From assembly GCA_964436545.1 (NCBI GenBank), contig CAYTCJ010000002.1, positions 110,738 through 174,737 of the forward strand: DNA of 64,000 nt. The letters run 5' to 3'. The notes below the pieces were generated by a model that was not told the DNA's origin, did not search any database, and saw only the letters and a list, made by a program, of their open reading frames with translations. Position numbers and translations under genes: made by a program. Shown piece after piece: positions 54,134-62,528 of the stretch; the stretch's first letter is position 1, and every line of letters starts with the position of its first letter. The DNA is from an uncultured Candidatus Saccharibacteria bacterium. Lineage in GTDB: Bacteria; Patescibacteriota; Doudnabacteria; UBA920.

Positions 54134-54152
54134 AATTCATTATTCATACTTC

Positions 54153-55634
54153 TTAATTCATCTCCGGATGCTTTTTATGCCACGCGGTGACTTGCTGGTA
54201 AGCATAACCTAAATTAAATATGGTTTGCTCGCCCCACTGGGGGCCAATAATTTGGAGACCCACGGGCAATTCTATTTCTGCGCCATCGCTAGGTTTACCC
54301 ATTCCGCAAGGCACGGACACAGCCGGAAGTCCGGCTAAAGAAGAAGGAATATTTAATTGATCGGCAATATACCCAAACAAAGGATTATTTTTAGCATTCC
54401 CAATTTTTACCGCAACATTTGGACTAGCGGGACATACCAAAGCATCAACCTGTTTAAAGACTTCTGCAAATTCATTTACAATTAAGCGTCGCACTTTTTG
54501 TGCCCGTTTATAATACGCATCATAATAACCCGCGGACAATACGTACGTACCGGTAAGAATTCGGCGTTTAGCTTCGTCCCCAAAACCTTCGGCACGGCTT
54601 TTGGCATAAACTTCATAAAGATTTTTGGCTTCACGAGAGGAATGCCCATAACGAATCCCATCGTACCGCATTAAATTAGAAGAAACTTCACTGGGACAAA
54701 TTATGGCATAAACCAAAGAACCGTATTTCGTGTTAGGCAAACTCACTTCTGAAACTTTAGCGCCTAATTTTTCTAATTCCTTAACCGCGGTTAAGACTGC
54801 ATTTTTTACCCCCGGCTCCATACCTTCCACAAAATATTCTTTGGGAATTCCTAGTCTCAAACCTTGAATATCTGCTGTTAAATTTTGAGTATAAGTTGGC
54901 ACCGGCACATCACCGGTAGTAGAATCGTGAGTATCTTTGCCGGAAATAATTTCAGCTAATTTTGCCAAATCTTCCACCGAATAAGCCACAGCGCCCGGAC
55001 AATCCAAAGAACTACCCATGGCAATAATGCCGTTTCTGGACACCCGACCATAGGTAGGCTTCCAGCCACTAATCCCACAAAGTGAAGAAGGTTGCCTAAT
55101 GCTTCCACCGGTTTCGGTAGCGGTTGCCCAAGGTGCCAAACCTCCTGCCACAGCCGATGTAGAACCACCACTACTACCACCCGGAATTCTGCTAATATCC
55201 CACGGATTTTTGGAAGCTCCAAAAGCGGAAGTTTCCGTACTGCTCCCATGAGCAAATTCATCTAAATTGGTTTTACCCAATAACACGGCTTTTTGCTCTC
55301 TTATTTTTTTTGTAACTTGACCTTCATAAGGAGGTAAATAATTTTCTAAAATTTTACTGGCAGCTGTGGTTTTTACTCCTTTGGTTAAAAACAAATCTTT
55401 GGAAGCATAAGGGATTCCGCACAAAAAAGGGTTTTCTCCCCCGCTGGCCATATATTCATCGGCTTCTGTAGCCTGTTTTAAAGCTTCTGCTTCACAAACC
55501 GTAATAAAGGAATTCAACTCGGTATCGTATTTTCTCACGCGCGCTAAAAAATACTTCGTCAATTCCACAGAAGAAACTTTTTTCTCATCTAATAACTTTC
55601 GCAGTTCAGTGAGTGATAAATATTCAAAATTCAT
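54153..55634 (-). CDS. gatA: Glu-tRNA(Gln) amidotransferase subunit A (amidase signature)
   Basis: Amidase signature GGSSGGSTSAVAGG and Ser-cisSer-Lys triad context. 493 aa. Confidence 0.9.
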   Translation of the reverse strand: MNFEYLSLTELRKLLDEKKVSSVELTKYFLARVRKYDTELNSFITVCEAEALKQATEADEYMASGGENPFLCGIPYASKDLFLTKGVKTTAASKILENYLPPYEGQVTKKIREQKAVLLGKTNLDEFAHGSSTETSAFGASKNPWDISRIPGGSSGGSTSAVAGGLAPWATATETGGSIRQPSSLCGISGWKPTYGRVSRNGIIAMGSSLDCPGAVAYSVEDLAKLAEIISGKDTHDSTTGDVPVPTYTQNLTADIQGLRLGIPKEYFVEGMEPGVKNAVLTAVKELEKLGAKVSEVSLPNTKYGSLVYAIICPSEVSSNLMRYDGIRYGHSSREAKNLYEVYAKSRAEGFGDEAKRRILTGTYVLSAGYYDAYYKRAQKVRRLIVNEFAEVFKQVDALVCPASPNVAVKIGNAKNNPLFGYIADQLNIPSSLAGLPAVSVPCGMGKPSDGAEIELPVGLQIIGPQWGEQTIFNLGYAYQQVTAWHKKHPEMN

Positions 55635-55697
55635 AATTAGCGTTTAGCGTTTAGCGTTTAGCGTTTAGGCTAAATCCTAATCGCTACCGACTAAAAG

Positions 55698-55979
55698 CTA
55701 GAGTATTGTTTTAACCTTAAAGTATCTGTCTTTCATTTCCGGCGCTTGGGAAAAAATATCTTGATGAATATCCGATACAACCGGCACATCTGCTCTTTGC
55801 ACGTTCACGAGACCCGTAACCTGCGACACCTCTTCCAAACCCTCCACATTCACCGCTTTAAGCTCTTCCACATATTCCAAAACCTTAGACAAGTCTTTTT
55901 GGAACTTGTCCACCTGAGCGTCAGTAAGTTCAATTCTGGCTAAAAATGCAATTTTTCTTACTTCTTCAATAGTTAACAT
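55698..55979 (-). CDS. gatC: Glu-tRNA(Gln) amidotransferase subunit C
   Basis: 93 aa. LTIEEVRKIAFLARIELTDAQ is typical of GatC. Located upstream of gatA-gatB. Confidence 0.8.
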   Translation of the reverse strand: MLTIEEVRKIAFLARIELTDAQVDKFQKDLSKVLEYVEELKAVNVEGLEEVSQVTGLVNVQRADVPVVSDIHQDIFSQAPEMKDRYFKVKTIL

Positions 55980-56021
55980 AAAAAAATTATACTCAAATCA
56001 AGCCCTGCGGTCAAACCCGTT

Positions 56022-58427
56022 TTAACTCTTGGGATTTTGATTAATCCGGGCAAACACCGTGCGTAAAAATTGACGCTGGATTTCCACGCCCATATGCTCA
56101 AATAATTTTCGACTTTCCAAAATATAGTCAATTAACGGATCTTCGGAAGCATAAGAAAATAGTCCGGCTTCTTCTTTTAAAATATCCATTAATTCCAAAT
56201 GCCCGCTCCAATTCTGGTCTATAATTTGCAAAACCAAATTTTGACAAGCCGAATAAACTTCCGGATTGGTTTTTAACCTTTCCATTTGGCCGGTTAATTC
56301 CCGAACAATCCCATTCACCGCTGTCTGAAACCGAAACGGCCTTTGGGAAACAAACACCGGATTAAACCATTCGTTTAAATTCTCCCCCCAAGTTTTTTTA
56401 GCATTTAATTCGGCTAAACCACTTCCGGTAATTTTTAACCCAAAAATCGCATTTAATTCTTGAGTGATTAACTCGGGGACTTGAAGCGCTAAAATATGCT
56501 CTACGGTTTCCGTAATGGCATTTTGCACAAAAGCTTCAAAACCTGTGGGGTTTTCTAACAAGCTGTCTCTTAATTTATAAACCTCAAACCGTTGATAGTT
56601 AGTTACGCTATCATACTTATATAAATAGATGCGACCATCAAAATTCTTACTTTCCACAAAATCTTGCGCTTTTTTAAAAGCCAAATCCAAACTCGGCGCG
56701 CTAATGTATTCATCTTCCGGAATATCAAACTCTTCCATGGCGTCAATAATGCTTTCACTGCCAAACAACCGCATAATTTCATCTTCCATGGAAATTAAAA
56801 ATTGCGATTCTCCCGCATCACCTTGCCTGCCACTTCTCCCAACTAATTGATTATCGATCCGGCGTGACTCGTGCCGTTCTGTGCCCAGCACAAACAGACC
56901 ACCCACATCGGCCACCCCTTGGCCCAATAAAATATCTGTGCCTCTCCCGGCCATATTCGTAGCCACGGTAATCATGCCTCTTTGTCCGGCTTTGGCGATT
57001 TTTTCACTTTCCGCCTTGTGGTCTTTAGCGGTCAAGAGTTGATAGGGTAAATTTTGTTCATCTAAAATTTCCGAAATTAAATGAGCGATCTCCACATTTC
57101 TGGCGCCAATTAAAATGGGCTGACCTTTACTATTAATATGCTTAATTTTTTTTATTAATCCGGCAAATTTGCCTTTTTCAGTTTTAAAAAACAAATCATT
57201 ATGGTCAATTCTGGCTAACGGCCGATTGGTGGGGATTTGCACTACATCTAACTTATAGACTCGGTTAAATTCCTCCCTTGCAGACATCACCGTGCCACTC
57301 ATGCCCGAAAGTTTTTCGTACATGGGAAAAAAATTCTGAAAAGTAATACTGGCAGCGGTCCGGTCGGCTTCTTTCACTTTAACCTTTTCTTTGGCCTCAA
57401 TGGCTTGGTGCACGCCATCGGTAAACCTTCTCCCCGGCAATACCCGGCCGGTAAACTCATCTACAATTTCTACACCTTCCGGTGAAATAATGTAATCCCT
57501 ATCTCGCTCAAATAACACTCTGGCTCTTAAGCACACGTCTAAATAAAAAGCGAACATGGGTTTGTCTTTGGAAAAAATCGTTTCCCCCAATAATTTTTCC
57601 ACTCGATTCAAACCACTATCTGTCATGCTCACGGCCTTATTTTTATAATCCACTTTAAAATCTTCCTCTTCCACCAGCCTCGCACATAGCTCGGTGAATT
57701 GAGTATAATAATTTCTTTCTTCCTTCAAAGGCTCGGCAATAATTAATGGCGTGCGAGATTCATCTATTAAAATCGAATCAATTTCATCTACAATGCCAAA
57801 ATGCAACGGATGCTTGAGCCTTAACACTCGGTCGGATTTTGCATACACCAAATTATCCCGTAAATAATCAAAACCCACTTCTTGATTGGTTACGTAAGTT
57901 ACATCACTCAAGTAAGCTTTGCGCCTTTGCTCGCTTTTCATGGTAGAAGTCACATAACCTACGCTCATTCCCAAAGCTTCATACAGCTTACCGTTTAATT
58001 TAGCGTCTCGTTCTGCCAAATAATCATTGGTGGTAATAATGTGCACACCTTGTCCGGTAAGCGCATTTAAATATACCGGCATGGTTTCGGTTAAAGTTTT
58101 ACCTTCGCCCGCTTTCATTTCCGCCACTCGGCCTTGGTGAATAACCATACCCGCTAAAATTTGCACATCAAAAGGCACCCGATTTAATACCCGCCGTGCT
58201 GTCTCGCCCACCACTGCGAAAGCGGGAATTAACAGCCTGTCTAAAGCTTTGCCTTTTTGCAAATCGTCTTTAAACGCCGAACCCGCGAGCTTTAATTCCT
58301 TATCGCTCCAGGTTTTTAACTCCTCTCTTTCCTTAACAATTAACTTAACCTTATCTTCCAAACGGCTAATATAATTTCTGTCCAAAAAGTCGTTAAATTT
58401 TTGTTTTAGATTTTGTGTAAATTGCAT
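56022..58427 (-). CDS. secA: Preprotein translocase ATPase SecA
   Basis: DEAD-like motor (MKAGEGKTLT Walker A, the VDEIDSILIDESRTPLII Walker B (DEID)/helicase motif II region), PPXD, HSD. 801 aa, lacking the C-terminal Zn finger. Confidence 0.9.
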   Translation of the reverse strand: MQFTQNLKQKFNDFLDRNYISRLEDKVKLIVKEREELKTWSDKELKLAGSAFKDDLQKGKALDRLLIPAFAVVGETARRVLNRVPFDVQILAGMVIHQGRVAEMKAGEGKTLTETMPVYLNALTGQGVHIITTNDYLAERDAKLNGKLYEALGMSVGYVTSTMKSEQRRKAYLSDVTYVTNQEVGFDYLRDNLVYAKSDRVLRLKHPLHFGIVDEIDSILIDESRTPLIIAEPLKEERNYYTQFTELCARLVEEEDFKVDYKNKAVSMTDSGLNRVEKLLGETIFSKDKPMFAFYLDVCLRARVLFERDRDYIISPEGVEIVDEFTGRVLPGRRFTDGVHQAIEAKEKVKVKEADRTAASITFQNFFPMYEKLSGMSGTVMSAREEFNRVYKLDVVQIPTNRPLARIDHNDLFFKTEKGKFAGLIKKIKHINSKGQPILIGARNVEIAHLISEILDEQNLPYQLLTAKDHKAESEKIAKAGQRGMITVATNMAGRGTDILLGQGVADVGGLFVLGTERHESRRIDNQLVGRSGRQGDAGESQFLISMEDEIMRLFGSESIIDAMEEFDIPEDEYISAPSLDLAFKKAQDFVESKNFDGRIYLYKYDSVTNYQRFEVYKLRDSLLENPTGFEAFVQNAITETVEHILALQVPELITQELNAIFGLKITGSGLAELNAKKTWGENLNEWFNPVFVSQRPFRFQTAVNGIVRELTGQMERLKTNPEVYSACQNLVLQIIDQNWSGHLELMDILKEEAGLFSYASEDPLIDYILESRKLFEHMGVEIQRQFLRTVFARINQNPKS

Positions 58428-58455
58428 TTTTTCCGATTAGGACATGAACCTTAAT

Positions 58456-59180
58456 TCTTTTTTTTTGAGGAGGAGGGCTAGAGCTTGCCCCGTACTTGAT
58501 ACGGGGGGTGAGCTATCTATCTTTTCCCCTCTTTTCCAAAGAGGGGTTAGGGGAGTTAATTACTTCTAGCATTCTCTGATAAACTCCTTCTATATTTTTT
58601 ATCACATCAATATTCTGAAACCTAATAACTTTAATACCAATCAATTTCAAATATTCAGTTCTTTGTTTATCGGCTTTAATCAGACTTTCCTCAAAATGAT
58701 GTCCTCCATCTAACTCCACAGCTAACTTTTTTTCTGGACAATAAAAATCTAAAATATAATTGCCTATACCAAACTGCCTAAAAAATTTACAACCTTTAAT
58801 TTGTCTATTCCTTACAATATTCCAAATTTTCCGTTCTGGTTCTGTTAAATTTTTCCGCAACTTTCTTCTTAAATCTTTATTTTTAGCAATATTACTTATC
58901 AACATAACTCCCTCCAAATAACTCCCTCCAACTCCCTCTTTGGAAAAGAGGGAGGGTAAGACAATGTATTTTGTAGATCCTCTCTTTTCCAAAGAAGGTG
59001 GTTAGGAGATTCCTGTTCCCTCTCTTTTCCAAAGAGAGGGTTAGGGTGAGTTAGCTGTCTTCTTCCCCACTTTTCCAAAGCATGCCCTGAGCTTGCCGAA
59101 CGGGAGAGGGCTAAAGCTTAACCTGTACCTGATGCGGTTTGCATTCCATACCTAGTGGGCTTGCCCTGAGATAATTGATT
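58456..59180. repeat. Hairpin-repeat array surrounding the DUF559 gene, with five or more copies of an about 30-bp unit CCCTCT(C)TTTCCAAAGAG(A)GGGTTAGGG(G)GAG in both orientations, plus GAGCTTGCC x3
   Basis: Copies at about 58529-58562, 58933-58972 (inverted), 58976-59008, 59015-59050 and 59063-59085. About 35-bp direct repeats GTGAG(C/T)TA(T/G)CT...TTCCCC(T/A)CTTTTCCAAAG lie at 58500-58545 and 59046-59082. GC content is elevated. Confidence 0.75.
58513..58992 (-). CDS. DUF559 endonuclease-domain protein (Vsr/restriction-endonuclease-like fold). Both ORF ends are encoded by flanking hairpin repeats
   Basis: The core (LDFYCPEKKLAVELDGGHHF...D...VIRF) matches DUF559. The N-terminal MEKRGS...LFSKEGVGG and the C-terminal EKRGKDR are translations of CCAAAGAGGGG repeat units. 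The likely real start is MLISNIAK. Confidence 0.65.
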   Translation of the reverse strand: MEKRGSTKYIVLPSLFSKEGVGGSYLEGVMLISNIAKNKDLRRKLRKNLTEPERKIWNIVRNRQIKGCKFFRQFGIGNYILDFYCPEKKLAVELDGGHHFEESLIKADKQRTEYLKLIGIKVIRFQNIDVIKNIEGVYQRMLEVINSPNPSLEKRGKDR

Positions 59181-59286
59181 TTGTTTCAAATTTCCTTATT
59201 TGCATTAAAATTATACCATAAAAAGTTAAACCGGCGAAACGCAGTAATGCGCTCCGCCGGTTGTTGCGTTTTCCTTCCTCCCCTTC

Positions 59287-59691
59287 CTAATGATCCTCCC
59301 TCTGCCACCAGTCCTGCATTTCTTCACTGCAAAGCTCGCAACGCAAAGTTACTTCAGTAACCCCGTACTGCTTGAGCTGTGTATCATCGATGTTAATGAC
59401 TCTCCACTGATGATCGCATTTGATCTTCTTGGGGAAATACGGAATGATAGTTTCATCTGGATGCACATGAGCGTACATACTTTCCTCTTTCTGATTGAAT
59501 TTTATTTTTTTGGCAACCCCGACGACCTTAGTGCCGGAGTAAAAACAAAAAACCCTTCCTCGCAAGGAAGGGGCTAAATTCATCTGCATCCTAAACTTGT
59601 TTACCCCGTAGCGAACCAAAGGTTCTGCTATTGGAGTTTCAGGATTTATTTTAGATGCTGAAATTAATTCAGCATGACAAGAAAAAATCAA
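59287..59691 (-). CDS. Hypothetical 134-aa protein with Cys pairs (CDHQW...CELCSEE), possible zinc ribbon
   Basis: Overlaps the upstream YerC-like gene by 4 nt (ATGA), implying co-translation. No family recognised. Confidence 0.4.
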   Translation of the reverse strand: MIFSCHAELISASKINPETPIAEPLVRYGVNKFRMQMNLAPSLRGRVFCFYSGTKVVGVAKKIKFNQKEESMYAHVHPDETIIPYFPKKIKCDHQWRVINIDDTQLKQYGVTEVTLRCELCSEEMQDWWQREDH

Positions 59692-60005
59692 AGTAACCCT
59701 TTCCCAACGAAGGAAAGGTTATGGTGCACGCCATTTCTTTTTAACATCAACTTATACCCACCCTTGCCATTCTTAAGCCACTTGGAAATCCGAGCAATGG
59801 TCCGGCTGGAAAGCCGAGTCTGTTTTTGAATAAGGTTATATGACACTTTGGCATTCAGCATTTGCACGGCGAGCCAACGGTTGCCGAATTCGTCCAGTTC
59901 ATCTGGGGTAAGCAAATCGCGAAAAAAAGCCTTAGCTTCTTTTATATTCTTTAAAGCCAAGATTGCTTGGAGCAACTGTTCAGTTTTAAGATTATCCCAT
60001 TTCAT
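59688..60005 (-). CDS. YerC/YecD-like TrpR-family DNA-binding protein
   Basis: 105 aa. LLTPDELDEFGNRWLAVQML...QTRLSSRTIARISKWLKNGKGGYK matches the TrpR-related YerC/YecD pattern. Confidence 0.55.
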   Translation of the reverse strand: MKWDNLKTEQLLQAILALKNIKEAKAFFRDLLTPDELDEFGNRWLAVQMLNAKVSYNLIQKQTRLSSRTIARISKWLKNGKGGYKLMLKRNGVHHNLSFVGKGLL

Positions 60006-60201
60006 ATCAATTCAATATTAGAAATTAGAAATTCTGAATATCACTTTACTTAAGTAAAGTATATCATATCCCCAAAATCTGTCAAGAAACTTTCACTAAA
60101 ATGTGCTATAATGTAAATAATGTGGTTAATTAATTATTAATTGTCATAGACAATACTTATTGCATCAGTGTAATCTGTGTTATCTGTGTATCTGTGAATA
60201 T

Positions 60202-60753
60202 ATGATGATATTTTGGATAATTTTAGGAGTTTTGGTATTAGGAGCCATAGGTATTTACAATGGGCTTATTCGTTCTAAAAACCGCGTAGACGAAGCTTGG
60301 AGCGACATTGAAGTCCAGTTAAAAAGAAGGTATGACCTTGTCCCTAATTTGGTGGAAACCGTGAAAGGTTTTGCCAAACAAGAAGCCGGTGTGTTAGAAA
60401 ATGTTACCAAGGCCAGAAATTTGGCCATGGGCGCCGGAGCGGATATGAAAGAAAAACTTAAAGACGAAAATCTGCTTTCCGGAGCTTTAAAGTCACTCTT
60501 TGCGGTGAGCGAAGCTTACCCTGACTTAAAAAGCAACACTAACTTTTTGCAAATGCAAAAAGACTTAGCCGATACTGAAGATAAAATTCAAGCAGCCAGA
60601 AGATTCTACAATGGCAATGTTCGAGACTTTAACACTAAATTGGAAGTCTTCCCTTCTAACCTGTTTGCTTCTATGTTTGGCTTTACCAAACGAGAATTTT
60701 TTGACATCGACGAAAAAGGTGTTGAAGGCCAACCAGTGAAAGTTAGCTTTTAG
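60202..60753 (+). CDS. lemA: LemA-family membrane protein
   Basis: N-terminal TM. YNGLIRSKNRVDEAWSDIEVQLKRRYDLVPNLVETVKG is the LemA signature. The ORF-track start (60160) lies inside the ATCTGTG repeat leader, so ATG 60202 is more likely. Confidence 0.8.
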   Translation: MMIFWIILGVLVLGAIGIYNGLIRSKNRVDEAWSDIEVQLKRRYDLVPNLVETVKGFAKQEAGVLENVTKARNLAMGAGADMKEKLKDENLLSGALKSLFAVSEAYPDLKSNTNFLQMQKDLADTEDKIQAARRFYNGNVRDFNTKLEVFPSNLFASMFGFTKREFFDIDEKGVEGQPVKVSF

Positions 60754-60810
60754 TTAGTAGTGGGTAGCATTTAGCTAAACGCTAATCGCTAAACCCTAAA
60801 CGCTTTTACC

Positions 60811-61722
60811 ATGCTCACCTACGATCATATAAATAAAAATAAAAGGGAAAGCTGGATACTCATATTCAGCTTTTTGGTAATTATCTCCGTATTAGGTTTT
60901 GTGTTTAGCCAAGCATACAACGCGCCGGAAATTTTATTTTTTGCAGTGGGTTTTTCGATTTTTTCTTCGCTAATTTCGTATTATTTTTCCGACTCCATCA
61001 CTCTTGCCCTCTCGCACGCACAAGCAGTGGACAAACAATCCAACCCGGAGCTGTATCGCCTTGTAGAAAACCTCTGTATAACCGCCGGCCTGCCTACCCC
61101 TAAAATTTATATAATTGACGATACGGCGCCTAACGCTTTTGCCACAGGCAGAGACCCTAAGCATGCAGTGGTGTGTTTTACCACCGGGATTTTAGCCAAA
61201 TTAGAAAAAACCGAATTGGAAGGCGTAGTAGCGCACGAACTTTCCCACATTGGCAATTATGATATTCGCGTAATGACTTTGGTAGTTGTTTTAGTCGGCA
61301 CAGTCACACTACTTGCTGACTGGATGCTAAGAGCTTCCATTTTTGGCGGACGCAAAAAATCCAACAGCGAAGGCGGTGGACAACTCCAAGCTATTCTAAT
61401 TATTGTGGGTTTAATTTTAGCCATCCTCTCCCCCATAATTGCCACGCTCATAAAATTAGCCGTTTCCCGCAAAAGAGAATTTCTAGCCGATGCCAGCGGT
61501 GCCCTGCTTACCCGCTACCCGGAAGGCTTAGCTAGGGCTTTGGAAAAAATTAGTGCTGATACTGAACCTCTGGAAGTAGCCAACAAAGCTACCGCCCATA
61601 TGTATATTGTGAATCCTTTAAAAGCAGACGAGCAAGGGAAAGTCGGATGGTTAGCTTCGCTTTTTAACACCCACCCGCCAATAGAAGAAAGAATTGCCAA
61701 ACTTAGAAATATGAACTTATGA
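60811..61722 (+). CDS. htpX: Zinc metalloprotease HtpX (M48)
   Basis: HELSHIGNYD (HExxH) between TM helices. 303 aa. The canonical lemA-htpX pair. Confidence 0.85.
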   Translation: MLTYDHINKNKRESWILIFSFLVIISVLGFVFSQAYNAPEILFFAVGFSIFSSLISYYFSDSITLALSHAQAVDKQSNPELYRLVENLCITAGLPTPKIYIIDDTAPNAFATGRDPKHAVVCFTTGILAKLEKTELEGVVAHELSHIGNYDIRVMTLVVVLVGTVTLLADWMLRASIFGGRKKSNSEGGGQLQAILIIVGLILAILSPIIATLIKLAVSRKREFLADASGALLTRYPEGLARALEKISADTEPLEVANKATAHMYIVNPLKADEQGKVGWLASLFNTHPPIEERIAKLRNMNL

Positions 61723-61803
61723 AGAAAAATTATTTATCCGCTGTAGCTTTAGCGAAGGCGTAAGAGAAATGAACCTATAAAATTTAAAGCTAAAAAATCA
61801 AAA

Positions 61804-62319
61804 TTAAAAAACCAATCTTGCCACAACTTCTCCCCGAAAACCTTTAGTTTTTAACTTTTGTGCGATTTTTTGCTTAACCTGATTTTCCACCTCGTTAAAA
61901 TTACTATAATGAGGTTCTAAATTTGTTTCGGATTTCACAACTATCCCGACTTTTTTTAAAAACTTTTTGGCAATTTTTATTTCCTCTGCCAAGGTAAGTC
62001 CTTCCGCTAAAACTTTCTCAATGATTTTTGGGGGCAATTTTTTTTCCATCAATTTTTTCTTAATGCCATAATACCCAAAATTTTTATACTGCTTTAAATT
62101 TTCCACATAAACTTCCGCAAACTTTTGATCATCCAAATAGTTTTGAGCCGTAAGTCTTTGAATTACAGCATCGGCAATACTTAAGTCGTAATGCCTGATT
62201 TTCAGCTTTTCCCTTATTTCGCCTTCGGTGCGCAACCGCAAAGTTAACAAAAACATCGCGTACTCGTAAGCTTGTTCCGCATTCCTCGGCTCTTGGGTTT
62301 TAGTTGGTTTTTTATACAT
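61804..62319 (-). CDS. recX: RecX-family regulatory protein
   Basis: Three-helix repeats. AEQAYEYAMFLLTLRLRTEGEIREKL...YLDDQKFAEVY is typical of RecX. 171 aa. Confidence 0.6.
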   Translation of the reverse strand: MYKKPTKTQEPRNAEQAYEYAMFLLTLRLRTEGEIREKLKIRHYDLSIADAVIQRLTAQNYLDDQKFAEVYVENLKQYKNFGYYGIKKKLMEKKLPPKIIEKVLAEGLTLAEEIKIAKKFLKKVGIVVKSETNLEPHYSNFNEVENQVKQKIAQKLKTKGFRGEVVARLVF

Positions 62320-62528
62320 AAAAAGTCAAATCAACAAATTGGACAAATCTACCAATGTCTACAAATATGTTTATAATTATTTGCGGATTCGTTTGTTTGT
62401 AAATTTAAATTTATTAGCAGTCTATTGACTAGAGTGATAATTTGGTTATAATATAGTTATCTGACATAATTAAGTTTAGCAGATTATCTTATCTGTGTAA
62501 TCTGCATTAATCTGTGCATCTGTGAACT

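Noticed and set aside
55636-55668. AGCGTTT x4 tandem repeat considered as a mini CRISPR or other array
   Set aside because: The units are 7 nt with no spacers. This is a microsatellite-like leader repeat (see findings), not a CRISPR. No CRISPR-like repeat-spacer architecture was found anywhere in the window.
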